DNA of 64,000 bases from Alistipes sp. (GTDB taxonomy: Bacteria; Bacteroidota; Bacteroidia; Bacteroidales; Rikenellaceae): assembly GCA_017558115.1 (NCBI GenBank), contig JAFYWG010000061.1, forward strand, positions 83,287 through 147,286, given 5' to 3'. The translations under genes and the position numbers were made by a program. Positions 29,444 to 39,173 of this stretch are shown piece by piece (the first letter of the stretch is position 1; the number at the start of each line of letters is the position of its first letter). Under the pieces are notes generated by a model. That model saw only the letters and a program-made list of their open reading frames with translations, searched no databases and was not told where the DNA came from.

Positions 29444-30958
29444 TTACTTCTTAAGCAACTCTATTACCGCAGCGATCTCCTTGTACTTGGGGCTATCGAC
29501 AACGAACGTGGGCACAACGGCGCGAATAGCGTCGTAGAGGCTGCGTGTCGCGGGTGCGAGTCTATCTGCGATCTTGAGGCAGTCAACAGCCTGAACAAGG
29601 GTGATCATCTGGATAGCCATAACCTGGTAGCTGTTCTCTATAACACGCTGACACAAGAGTGCCGAGTTGGTGCCCATAGAGACGATGTCCTGGTTGTCGT
29701 TGTTGTTGGGTATAGAGTGTACGTACATGGGGTTTGAGAGCGTCTGGCACTCCGCAGTTGTGCTTGTCGCAGTAAAGGCGCAAGCCTGCATGCCATAGTT
29801 CAAACCGAGTACGCCAAGGTTTACAAATGGGGGAAGAATGCCGTTGATGCGGTCGTGAAGGAGGTAGTTCATCTGGCGCTCGGTGAGCATCGTGAGCTTC
29901 GTGATGGCAATCTTGAGCTTGTCCATCTCGTACGATACGTAGTCGCCATGGAAGTTGCCTCCATGGATTACAGTCTGGTTCTTGGGGTCAACAATGGGGT
30001 TGTCGTCCGCAGAGTTAATCTCGTTGAGAAGCACGCTCTCGGCACTTGCCACGGCGTCCCATACAGGGCCCAAAATCTGAGGGATGCAACGCAACGAATA
30101 GTAGGGCTGCACCTTGTGCTCGAAGGTGCTCTCCTCGCTACGACGATATAGCTCAGCCTCGCGGTTGAGGAGCATCTTGCTGCCTGCGGCCAATTCGCGC
30201 ATAGCCTCAGCAATGGCGTTCTGACCCTTGTGGTGCTTTAGACCATTAAGCGTCTCCGACATAAAGTCGTCGTACGACGATGCAATCTCGTTCATCAATA
30301 CCGAGGCCTTTGTTGACCAATCCAAGAGGCGCTTAGCATGGAAGAGATTGACAAAGCCGATACCTGTCATCACCGCCGTGCCGTTGGTTACGGCCAAGCC
30401 CTCGCGGATAAACATCTTCAATGGCTCTATGCCCAACTCTGCCATAACCTCGGCTGTGTTGCGGCGCTCGCCATTGTAGAATACCTCACCCTCGCCAATA
30501 AGTGCCAAGGCGATGTGTGCCAACTGCACGAGGTCGCCACTTGCACCCACGCTACCGTGCTGTGGGATGACGGGGTAGATGCCGCGGTTGAGGAACTCTA
30601 CCAAGAGCTCGCAGGTTGCGATGTTCACGCCCGAGTGAGCCTGCATGAAGGTCATCAGACGTGCCAACATTGCGGCACGAACGCAGATGGTGGGAAGGGG
30701 CTCGCCAGCACCTGTAGAGTGGCTGCGGATGATGTTATACTGAAGCTCGTTGAGGTGTTCGTCGTCGATGCGCCACTGTGCCATGGGTCCGAAGCCGGTG
30801 TTGATGCCGTAGATGACCTTGTCCTTAGAGAAGGCCTCCAAGAAGTGGAAACACTCAATGATGCTACGGCGTGTAGCCTCGTTGATCGCTACGCTATCGT
30901 TGCCCTCGATGATTGATCGAACCTCGTCTATTGTGAGAGTATTGCTAACTGTTGTCAT
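29444..30958 (-). CDS. MIO-dependent aromatic amino-acid ammonia-lyase, probably tyrosine ammonia-lyase
   Basis: GASGD MIO motif, YGINTGFGPMAQ, LQYNIIRSHS and NNNDNQDIVSMG; from memory closely resembles Flavobacterium johnsoniae TAL. Confidence 0.9.
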   Translation of the reverse strand: MTTVSNTLTIDEVRSIIEGNDSVAINEATRRSIIECFHFLEAFSKDKVIYGINTGFGPMAQWRIDDEHLNELQYNIIRSHSTGAGEPLPTICVRAAMLARLMTFMQAHSGVNIATCELLVEFLNRGIYPVIPQHGSVGASGDLVQLAHIALALIGEGEVFYNGERRNTAEVMAELGIEPLKMFIREGLAVTNGTAVMTGIGFVNLFHAKRLLDWSTKASVLMNEIASSYDDFMSETLNGLKHHKGQNAIAEAMRELAAGSKMLLNREAELYRRSEESTFEHKVQPYYSLRCIPQILGPVWDAVASAESVLLNEINSADDNPIVDPKNQTVIHGGNFHGDYVSYEMDKLKIAITKLTMLTERQMNYLLHDRINGILPPFVNLGVLGLNYGMQACAFTATSTTAECQTLSNPMYVHSIPNNNDNQDIVSMGTNSALLCQRVIENSYQVMAIQMITLVQAVDCLKIADRLAPATRSLYDAIRAVVPTFVVDSPKYKEIAAVIELLKK

Positions 30959-31042
30959 TGCTTGATGTGTTATCAATGCATGTTAAATTATACCATTTGT
31001 TCGAGTGGAAAAAAGTACCACTTGCGAACAGAAAATATCACG

Positions 31043-31050
31043 CAAATATA
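31043..31050 (-). promoter_or_regulatory. -7 promoter box (TATATTTG) for the biosynthetic cluster
   Basis: TAnnTTTG on the minus strand about 85 bp upstream of the ammonia-lyase start. Confidence 0.6.
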
Positions 31051-31372
31051 CTAAAAAAAGTTCAAATCGGAGTCTTGTTTAGTAATTATTTCGCATTGGC
31101 CAATGCGTGTGCTCATGTGTGCGTGCGAAAGCTTATTGAAAATCAGATGGTTATACTGGGGGTTGTATCGGGCGTTTCTGACTTTAAGGCAGGCGTAACG
31201 TTTTAATTATTCGCGAGTTAGTGATGATAAAAGGTGGTTGTGTGATGAAACGACCTGCGAGGGTGGGGCTTTCATGTGTATTTGGCATGTGAAATTTAGG
31301 CCAATAATTGTTGTAGAGTATGAGAGTGTAATATATGAAAATTGGTCAATTTTTCCACATGTATGTTTGCGC

Positions 31373-31407
31373 AAAAAGGGCGTCTGCAACTCTTGTTGGA
31401 CGCCCTT
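31373..31407 (-). terminator. Intrinsic terminator after the Stealth gene
   Basis: AAGGGCGTC...GACGCCCTT stem with T5 on the minus strand. Confidence 0.65.
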
Positions 31408-31444
31408 GTGCTGTGCCCTAAATGGGGCAGTGTATGTGAATAAA

Positions 31445-32443
31445 TTAGAGTTCGAAGCTACTCTTAGTGGGGAACTTTTTATTGAGGAACTCCACCATGC
31501 GGCGACGCTGCTCGTCGGTATTTGTAGAGCCGTCGTTCATGCAAAACATCAGCGGATTGTACTTCTTATACTCCTTGTCGTAGTCTGGCAGGTGTATCTT
31601 AATCCAGCGCGAGTCGGCGGCACCATGACCCGTAAAAAGCACCTTGAGGAACTGTGCGGGGTTCTTCACGCGGTTGTATCGGCCCACCAAGCGGAGCTTA
31701 GCACCCTCGGCAGCAACGGCATAGTAGCTGACGAAGCAGCGCTGCATATCGTCGTTGGTTCTGAAGCGGTTGTGTGCCGTGGACTCCCACGCCTCGGGCA
31801 TAAGGGCTACGCACTTCTCGAAGTCGCTCTTGCGGTAGGCGTCGAGGTTATGGTGTGGCTCGTGGCAGATGAGCTTGCCCCAGCGCTCCTGGACGAGTGT
31901 CTGCATGCGGTAGACGGTCTTATAGTAGTTACCTCCCTTCTCGCGAGCATACTTGCGGTTGAAGCGCGAGCCACGCATGCGGACGATGGGCTTGCCGTCT
32001 GCATCGAAGAAGTCCTCGGGTTGGCAGAGCGAGCCAAAGAAGGTGTCGTCGTTGCCATAGATGAAGTGCTCCGAGAGGCCTGGAATGCGGTATATGCAGC
32101 TCTCGATAGCGAGTGACGAGAATACGGGGAGTGCATCGACGGGGAGTATCTCGGTGTGGTCCACAATCTTCACCTTGGGATGGTTAGTGTTGAGCCACTT
32201 GGGCACCTGGTTGTCGGTGACGATGTAGATGCGGTTAATCCATGGCGCGTACAGCTCTGCCGAGCGCAGCGCAAACATCAGCTCGTTGTTCTCTAACCAG
32301 CGCGCATCGCATAGGTGGTTGGGTGCTCGCTCCGTGGTTATCTCGGGCATATATTTGAGGCGTTTCTCGCGCCATGCGGGATCGTTGCCATCTACCCATG
32401 TATAGACAAGGTCGATAGGGAAATCTACACGCTCTCTCTTCAT
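31445..32443 (-). CDS. Stealth-family hexose-1-phosphate transferase
   Basis: CR1 PIDLVYTWVDGND, CR2 ELMFALRS...FIYGNDD and CR4 FCMND. Confidence 0.92.
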   Translation of the reverse strand: MKRERVDFPIDLVYTWVDGNDPAWREKRLKYMPEITTERAPNHLCDARWLENNELMFALRSAELYAPWINRIYIVTDNQVPKWLNTNHPKVKIVDHTEILPVDALPVFSSLAIESCIYRIPGLSEHFIYGNDDTFFGSLCQPEDFFDADGKPIVRMRGSRFNRKYAREKGGNYYKTVYRMQTLVQERWGKLICHEPHHNLDAYRKSDFEKCVALMPEAWESTAHNRFRTNDDMQRCFVSYYAVAAEGAKLRLVGRYNRVKNPAQFLKVLFTGHGAADSRWIKIHLPDYDKEYKKYNPLMFCMNDGSTNTDEQRRRMVEFLNKKFPTKSSFEL

Positions 32444-32473
32444 ATTCTTCGTTATAAGTTTGGTCGTAATTGG

Positions 32474-34867
32474 TTAGAATGGGTATCCTACGCCGAAGTT
32501 TAGCGCCATGTTCTTCCACTTGAAGTCGTGTATCCAGCGCTGTCCCTCGGGGCGCCCGGGGTTGTGTATCTGCATACCGAGGTCGATACGCAGGATGACA
32601 AACGTGGCGTCGATGCGTATGCCAAGGCCAGTGTTGAAGCCCAACTGCTTGTAGAAGGTGTTGAAGTGGAACACCTCCTCGGGGTTGCTATCCTCCGTGT
32701 CGCGCAGATACCATACGTTACCCAAGTCGCAGAATACTGCACCATGGAATATCCACCATATCGGGAAGCGGAACTCGGCATTTGCCTCGAGGCGCACGTC
32801 GCCCACCTGTGCGGGGTATGTCTTATCCTTGACCTCGAGCATATTACCTGGACCGAGGGTGCGGGGTACCCAGCCTCGCATAGAGTTGGCACCACCGCAG
32901 TAGAACATGCGGTCGAAGGGTATCGAGCGGCCGTGTGAGTTGCCATACGTCACGCCCACACCACCACATAGGCGTCCTGCAAGCACCATGTTGTGGCCCA
33001 GTGATATACGCTGGCTTGCACTAAGCTCGGTACGCACGTACTGCGAGTATCGGATGCCGAAAATCTTGAAGTAATCGGTGCCTGGTGCGTGGTGCGAGAA
33101 GAGGTTTGAAAGACCGTGTATAAGGTTGCCTGCGGTCTCCACGTTTATGCGCACCAACGTAGAACTTGGGTCCATGTCGGAGCGCTGCGTGTTGTAGACG
33201 TACGATGCTGAGAGTCCCGCCGTGAGCTGCGACTCGAACGAGGTGCGCAGATAGCGGTTGTCGATGTCGGCAAGGAACTCCTCGTCGACGCTCTTGACGT
33301 CGATCCAGTTGATGTCCACAGGGCGAATGACAAACGACGAGCGCTCACCCTGCTTCCAGCTATACGCCCAGCGCGTGGTGAAGATGTTGCGGCGGTAGTA
33401 GGGGCGATCCTGATAGTCGAACGATAGTTCAAGACGTGTGCGTGGCTGCGTTGTATTCATGCTCAGCTTCGCCTTGAAGGGGAGTAGGAAGCGTGGGAAG
33501 GAGAGGCCCGCGGTGATGCCTATCTCGTTTGCGGAGCGCTTCTCAACGTTGCGCGCATACATGAACTCGAAGCCGAAGCGTGCCGAGATGTCGAAGGCCT
33601 CAGCACCCCTGAAGATGTTGCGGTTGCTATATCCGAGCGTCGCACTCAGACCATAGAAGGTCGACGTGGTAGATGCCTCGAGCTCAACCTTCATGCTCTG
33701 CTTGAGGTTGGGTGTGCCGTAGATGTTGCAGTCGAGGAAGCGCTCGCGCGTGGTGAGAAGCTCGGTGTCGCCATTGCGCTCGGTGTTGAGGAATGTCACG
33801 TATGACTCCTCGCCTGGCACGCGCGTAAAGTCGATCTTCGCGGTGCGGAAGAAGCCCAAAGACATAAGCTCCTTGTAGGTGTGGTTCACCTGCTTGGCGT
33901 TGTATATATAGTTGGGATATAGCGGGATAGTATTGCGCAATATAGAGTTGCGTAGCTGTGGCTTGATGTTCACGTCGCGTATGATCGTTAGACCACTCCT
34001 ATACGTGGTATCGATGACGGCATTAGATCTAAAGCCCGTCGTTGAGCGCAACATAGGGTCGTACGTGGGGTAGACATTGATGTTGCGGAGACGGTAGATG
34101 GCGTTCTCCTCCCATATTGCTTCGCCGCGCTCGTTGTAGCCCACAAGTGTGGGGCGCACAATGAGACGCACGTCGGCAGAGTAGGGGTGACCGAGAGTAT
34201 CAACGCTGTACAGAATGTTGTTTACCGTAAAGTCGAAGTAGCCGCGGTTGTTGAGGTTGGCAGCGATGCGCTCACGCTCGGCATCCAAGAGCGTGATGTC
34301 GAGGACGTCGCCACGCTTAAGAAGGCTCTTTGTGCTATCGGCCAGGATGACGTTGCGCAACGAGTTATCGCGGAAGGCATAGTTTAGCTCGTTGATGCGT
34401 GTAGCCTCGCCCTGGTGTATCGTGTAGGTGATCTCGGCGCGACGTGCACGGCGCGTGGTGTCTATCTCGTAGGTTACATCCGAGTGGAAGTAGCCCTTTG
34501 TGCGCAAATATGTCTCGAGGTTGGTGATAGACTTCTCCGTAAGATCCATGTCGAGCAACACGGGCTCCTCGCCAATCTTACGCTTTAGGTTATTCCACCA
34601 GTTATCCTTCTCGGGGTTGGCCTTTTGGTATATCCAGACGTAGAAGTCGATGTTGAGGAAGCGCTTGTTGGGCGACTGTCGCACGTAGGTCTCCAAGCCG
34701 TCCCTATCCTCGGTGATGCGCTCGTCGCGGGGTACGCTCTTATCCTCCACGAACTTGACCTTCGACACTAGATACTCGCCCTCGGGGAGGTCGCGCGTCA
34801 CGTTACAGCCGGCAATGATGACCATTGCCAGAAGAAGTGATAGGTATGCGAGTATCTTTCTATACAT
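32474..34867 (-). CDS. Omp85-family outer-membrane lipoprotein (TamL/TamA-like)
   Basis: Lipobox IIAGC, POTRA-like GYF repeats, GGANSMRGW and C-terminal FGVGYPF. Confidence 0.88.
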   Translation of the reverse strand: MYRKILAYLSLLLAMVIIAGCNVTRDLPEGEYLVSKVKFVEDKSVPRDERITEDRDGLETYVRQSPNKRFLNIDFYVWIYQKANPEKDNWWNNLKRKIGEEPVLLDMDLTEKSITNLETYLRTKGYFHSDVTYEIDTTRRARRAEITYTIHQGEATRINELNYAFRDNSLRNVILADSTKSLLKRGDVLDITLLDAERERIAANLNNRGYFDFTVNNILYSVDTLGHPYSADVRLIVRPTLVGYNERGEAIWEENAIYRLRNINVYPTYDPMLRSTTGFRSNAVIDTTYRSGLTIIRDVNIKPQLRNSILRNTIPLYPNYIYNAKQVNHTYKELMSLGFFRTAKIDFTRVPGEESYVTFLNTERNGDTELLTTRERFLDCNIYGTPNLKQSMKVELEASTTSTFYGLSATLGYSNRNIFRGAEAFDISARFGFEFMYARNVEKRSANEIGITAGLSFPRFLLPFKAKLSMNTTQPRTRLELSFDYQDRPYYRRNIFTTRWAYSWKQGERSSFVIRPVDINWIDVKSVDEEFLADIDNRYLRTSFESQLTAGLSASYVYNTQRSDMDPSSTLVRINVETAGNLIHGLSNLFSHHAPGTDYFKIFGIRYSQYVRTELSASQRISLGHNMVLAGRLCGGVGVTYGNSHGRSIPFDRMFYCGGANSMRGWVPRTLGPGNMLEVKDKTYPAQVGDVRLEANAEFRFPIWWIFHGAVFCDLGNVWYLRDTEDSNPEEVFHFNTFYKQLGFNTGLGIRIDATFVILRIDLGMQIHNPGRPEGQRWIHDFKWKNMALNFGVGYPF

Positions 34868-34878
34868 AAACGTGTTAA

Positions 34879-35838
34879 CTATCTGTTTAGGCTCTCTACG
34901 AAGTTATTCCATGTAGCCGCCTCGCCACTTTCGGCCTCGATGTCGAAGGCGAAGTTTGTGCCATCGAAGTGCGCCTCGCCCCTCCACTCGAATGTGGCAT
35001 TTCCCTCGAGTGTGGTAATGATGCTACCATCTGTGATGGCGGTTCTACAAGCCACCTTGCCACCGCGATTGAAGACCTCGATGCGCTCGCCACGGTTGAC
35101 ATAGCCAAGGAGTACTGCAGCCGTAGATGAGGCTGTCATGGCCGTGCCACACGATAGTGTGATGCCCGCGCCACGCTCGTACGTTGCCACGAAGATGCTT
35201 GTGGGAGAGAGTACCTTGTACAAGGATACGTTAACGCCATGGGGAAACTTGCGTTTGAGGCTCTTAACTCGTTCACCGAGCTGCTCCAAGAGCGTCATGT
35301 CTATCTCCTCAACTGCAGCAACGATGTGGGGATTACCCAAATTGAGTGCCGTAAATTGCAACCTATTGTCGAGGCTCTCTATTATTTTGCCTATGAAGCG
35401 CTCCTCGGGGTTAAAAAAGCCGAAGCTCTCGCTCCATGTAGCGATGGGGATATCGACAGAGAAGGTCTCGATGCCTTGGGCCACAGCCTCGGCGCGTCGT
35501 GCGGGGAAGGTGCGACCACCCGAGGTGAGAAGTCCGCTACCGAGGTAGCCGCGCTCCTCGGCGAGGCGTGCGACACAGCGTATGCCGTTGCCACACATCT
35601 CGGCGTGCGTGCCGTCGGGGTTGAGCATATCCATGCCATAGATGCCCTCGGCGTTGCGTACGACGAGCAGTATGCCGTCGCTGCCTATGCCGTTGGCGCG
35701 GTCACATGCCATGCGTGCGAAGGCAGACCAGTCGATGGACTCGGGGCTCTCCAAGAGTGTGGTGTCGACCATGATGAAGTCGTTACCCGAGCCGTGGCAC
35801 TTGATAATCTCGAAGTGTGTCATATATCCTTTCTTCAA
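34879..35838 (-). CDS. dapF: Diaminopimelate epimerase
   Basis: HGSGNDF, EMCGNGIRC, GNPH and ERGAGITLSCGT. Confidence 0.95.
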   Translation of the reverse strand: MKKGYMTHFEIIKCHGSGNDFIMVDTTLLESPESIDWSAFARMACDRANGIGSDGILLVVRNAEGIYGMDMLNPDGTHAEMCGNGIRCVARLAEERGYLGSGLLTSGGRTFPARRAEAVAQGIETFSVDIPIATWSESFGFFNPEERFIGKIIESLDNRLQFTALNLGNPHIVAAVEEIDMTLLEQLGERVKSLKRKFPHGVNVSLYKVLSPTSIFVATYERGAGITLSCGTAMTASSTAAVLLGYVNRGERIEVFNRGGKVACRTAITDGSIITTLEGNATFEWRGEAHFDGTNFAFDIEAESGEAATWNNFVESLNR

Positions 35839-35986
35839 CTACATATTCGGTCAAAGGTACAAATAATTTCGGGGCATTCAAAATTCTTGCGATAGAATTA
35901 ACATTTTTTATAGACACCTCTTGCTATTCTCGCCATTTTTTCGTAATATTGTACTGAGGTTTTATGTAAACAAATGAGTGAACGCT

Positions 35987-36784
35987 ATGACTGAGAAATT
36001 TATAATGGCGGGTGATACCCCTATGCATGTTGCTGATACTGAGCGCGGAGAGCGCTGCGTGGTGCTGCTGCACGGCTACCTCGAGTCGATGATTGTGTGG
36101 GACGAGTTTGTCTACCTCATAAAGGAGAAGGTGCGCGTGGTGACGGTAGATCTGCCTGGTCATGGCATCTCGACAATCGTGGGCGAGGTACATACCATGG
36201 AGTTTCTTGCCGACTGCGTGGCAAATACCATGGCGGCACTCGGTATTGAGCGCTACTCGGTTGTGGGTCACTCGATGGGTGGCTATGTGGCGTTAGCCAT
36301 GCTCGATAAGTATAAGGAGCGTATCGAGAGCATAACGCTCTTGCACTCTACAACATCGGCCGACAGCCAGGAGAAGTGCGACCGTCGTCGCCGTGAGATA
36401 GAGCTTATAAAGGCTGGAAAGAAGAATACGTTGGCGCGCCTTGTGCCACATGCTGGCTTTGCGCCAGAGAATGCTAAGCGCCTGAAGGACAACATCGAGG
36501 ATATTGCTGAACTTATATTGCTTACGGAGGATGAGGGTGTCATAGCAATCCTTGCTGGCATGATTGAGCGCAAGAGCCGTGGCGAGCAACTGCGCGATAG
36601 TGGCATACCCCACCTCTTTATCTTCGGTCGTCACGACTACTACATACCCGTAGAGGTTGCCCAGGAGATGATAGCGGCCGACGCAGGAGCTAAGGTGTTG
36701 TGGCTTGAACACTCGGGACATATGGGCTTCTACGAGGAGCCAGAGCTCACAGCAAATGCGATACTCGATTTAGTGTTGAAATAA
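35987..36784 (+). CDS. Alpha/beta hydrolase
   Basis: LLHGY, DLPGHG, GHSMGG and SGHMG. Confidence 0.9.
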   Translation: MTEKFIMAGDTPMHVADTERGERCVVLLHGYLESMIVWDEFVYLIKEKVRVVTVDLPGHGISTIVGEVHTMEFLADCVANTMAALGIERYSVVGHSMGGYVALAMLDKYKERIESITLLHSTTSADSQEKCDRRRREIELIKAGKKNTLARLVPHAGFAPENAKRLKDNIEDIAELILLTEDEGVIAILAGMIERKSRGEQLRDSGIPHLFIFGRHDYYIPVEVAQEMIAADAGAKVLWLEHSGHMGFYEEPELTANAILDLVLK

Positions 36785-36786
36785 AA

Positions 36787-36820
36787 AATAAGTGGTTATC
36801 CAATCGGGTAACCACTTATT
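36787..36820. terminator. Bidirectional terminator
   Basis: AATAAGTGGTTATCC / GGGTAACCACTTATT between convergent genes. Confidence 0.75.
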
Positions 36821-36839
36821 ATTTAAGATGTTGTAGTGC

Positions 36840-37490
36840 TTAGAACATTACGCCCGCCTCGATGTAGAAGGCGTTGTTGCCACCCTTGAAGTTGGTTACG
36901 CCAGCCTCCGATATCCACTCTAAACTCTGCGTTGCGAGACCCAAGCCGAGGTGGAACTTCGAGATTGATAGGCCCGCGCCAAACTTCATCATTAGACCGC
37001 CCTTCACCTCGCCATAGCCGTCGCGCTCGAAGTTTGAGGTTGCGATGACATTACCGCCGATGCTCACAGAGATATATGGTGCAAAGAGATCATCAATGGG
37101 GTAGTGCGCCTTAACATTACCATAGATGGGGATACAGACTGCGCCCCATGTCTCGGAGAAGTCACCCGTGCCGAGATTCATAAGCTTACTCTGGCCATAG
37201 GCATACTGCACGCCAACGCCTACACCCAACGATATGTACTTATTGAAGCGCGCGCCGATGATAGCGTCGATGTATGGACGCGAGAGGTTGGTGCTAATCT
37301 TGCCGTCGTTCTTGGTGCTGAGCTTACCTGCAGTGATGAAGCCGGCGTTTACCTCAAAGTGGGGCTTGATGCCCGATGTGTTCTTGTGGCGGCCATAGAG
37401 CTCTTCGCCAAAGCCTTCAGAGTGTGTCTGAGCCACGGCGGGGAGTGCGAGCGTCAAAAGCGCGATGAGTGATAGTATAAACTTTTTCAT
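36840..37490 (-). CDS. Small outer-membrane beta-barrel protein
   Basis: Signal peptide, amphipathic strands (IPIYGNVK, PYISVSIG) and terminal Phe. Confidence 0.75.
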   Translation of the reverse strand: MKKFILSLIALLTLALPAVAQTHSEGFGEELYGRHKNTSGIKPHFEVNAGFITAGKLSTKNDGKISTNLSRPYIDAIIGARFNKYISLGVGVGVQYAYGQSKLMNLGTGDFSETWGAVCIPIYGNVKAHYPIDDLFAPYISVSIGGNVIATSNFERDGYGEVKGGLMMKFGAGLSISKFHLGLGLATQSLEWISEAGVTNFKGGNNAFYIEAGVMF

Positions 37491-37511
37491 ATCCTTTTCT
37501 GTATTAGCGTT

Positions 37512-39077
37512 TTAGTTCTTAGGTATAGATTGAGCCTTAACCTTGAAGAAGTTCATCGACGAGCCCTCATCGAGGATGCGGTAGTCGTAGATGTTACCCC
37601 AGCCTGCAGGACGATCCTTAATCTCGCAATCCTCCTCCGTGTCGTTTACTACATAGTCGCGAATCATTGAGTGCCAGCCGTTGATACGCGAGATGGAGTG
37701 CTGGTAGTAGAAGAGGTTATTCGCAGGGTCGATAAGCTCGTTGAGTGCCTCGACATATATCTTGAGGTAGTCGTCGAACTGCAAAATCTTACCGATAAGG
37801 GGGCTTTCGTTGGTGTTACCCCAGTTCAGCGGATCCTGGCGGCCAGAGTCGCTCTGTACACCGCAGTTGTGCGACGTACCGAGAGTGTTGTCGTAGTCGT
37901 AGGGGATAAAGAAGAATTTGTAGTTGTTCTTATCCGAAGAGTTGAAGTAGATATAGAAGTTGTTCTTATTGTTCCAGTAGTCATCCCACATGCCCACAAC
38001 AACATTTACGGCATATGTGCGCAACAAGAGACGAACGTCGCACACCGAGGCAATCCAGTCGTGGAAGTCCTGGCCTTTGCGCTGTGTGACATTCTTCGTG
38101 AACTCTATGAGCTGCTCCTTTGCGGCGGTGAAGTTCTCGGTGTTTGTCTTAAGCTCGTAGGTGCGATTTTCGGTTGAGTCGTCATCATACCAGATGTTGG
38201 CATGATGGATGTTGTTGTAGTTAAGGTCGGCGCCCCATGAACACTTCCATAGGTTGTGCTTGTGGTCACCATATAACTCCTTGCGTTTCTTAACATACTT
38301 ATCATCAATGACTTCAATCATCTCGTAGACACCATAGTATGCTGGTTTAGAGTCGCCCTCGACATGTATCCATAGGCGGCAGTATGAGCTGTAGGGTGCT
38401 GTCCAGATGCCGAAGCGACGGAAGAGGTCGTAGCAGTACAACTCGCGGCAGTAGGCGCGGTCATCCTTATGCCACTTGAGGTGAATCTTACGCACGTTAT
38501 GCAACTCGTGGGCATCATCCTTTTGGTACTTGCGCAGGTTGATCATGAAGTGGCAGTGGTGCCAGTCGGTGTTGTCGGTTCTGTGCATCTCGCCACCGTT
38601 ACCCTCAGGGCGGCGACGCGAGGTGTTGCCACGCAAGCGTAGGCCAGCATCCACAAAGTCGTGCTCCTCGCCCTTAGATTTGAAGTTCACGTTGCAGTGA
38701 ACATTGCTATTTGTGTTGTTGTCGCGGTCGTAAGCCTCGAGGAGGTCGTTCCACTCATCTACGCTAATCTCGATACGTATCTCGGGAAGCACATTCATGT
38801 CGAAGACCCAGTCCAATTCGCCCTGAGCCCACGACGTGTTGGGATAGTCGTTGTAGATGGGAGGCTCCTCTTTGCCATCATCTGTGTCATCCCCTTTCTC
38901 GTCCTCGGTGCTATCATCTGCGCCCTCGTCCTCCTTGTTTTCGTCGTCGTTTTTGTTGTCCTCGCCACCCGTTTGTTCGCCCTGGCTTGGGAGTACAAGC
39001 TCTCTATCCTCAACGCACGCAACGCCAAGGACCATTAGCATGGTTATGGTGAAAAATATCGATAAAAGTTGCCTCAT
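37512..39077 (-). CDS. CotH-family kinase lipoprotein
   Basis: Lipobox LGVAC, acidic linker, GLRLRGNTSR, WDDYWNNKNNFY and IPYDYDNTLG. Confidence 0.85.
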   Translation of the reverse strand: MRQLLSIFFTITMLMVLGVACVEDRELVLPSQGEQTGGEDNKNDDENKEDEGADDSTEDEKGDDTDDGKEEPPIYNDYPNTSWAQGELDWVFDMNVLPEIRIEISVDEWNDLLEAYDRDNNTNSNVHCNVNFKSKGEEHDFVDAGLRLRGNTSRRRPEGNGGEMHRTDNTDWHHCHFMINLRKYQKDDAHELHNVRKIHLKWHKDDRAYCRELYCYDLFRRFGIWTAPYSSYCRLWIHVEGDSKPAYYGVYEMIEVIDDKYVKKRKELYGDHKHNLWKCSWGADLNYNNIHHANIWYDDDSTENRTYELKTNTENFTAAKEQLIEFTKNVTQRKGQDFHDWIASVCDVRLLLRTYAVNVVVGMWDDYWNNKNNFYIYFNSSDKNNYKFFFIPYDYDNTLGTSHNCGVQSDSGRQDPLNWGNTNESPLIGKILQFDDYLKIYVEALNELIDPANNLFYYQHSISRINGWHSMIRDYVVNDTEEDCEIKDRPAGWGNIYDYRILDEGSSMNFFKVKAQSIPKN

Positions 39078-39173
39078 TCCAATACCTATATATTATATAT
39101 TACTGCGCAAAGTTAAGTAAAGAATCGACATATTGGTCACTTTGCGTAAAAAAGTTGTTAATAATCAGCTCTT

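Larger units (their letters stand above)
9294..30958 (-). other. Aryl-polyene/flexirubin-type (type II PKS-like) biosynthetic gene cluster, 20 co-directional genes
   Basis: Ammonia-lyase, aryl-CoA ligase, 3 KS, CLF, 2 ACP, KR, 2 DH, TE, MT, acyltransferase, GT2, deacetylase, LolA, MMPL, FAD oxidoreductase and C45; genes abut or overlap. Confidence 0.9.

Noticed and set aside
31238-32116. 292-aa plus-strand ORF and other long antisense ORFs (e.g. 5876-6667, 21818-22681, 46795-47781)
   Set aside because: These are shadow frames of well-supported genes on the opposite strand, with no motifs.
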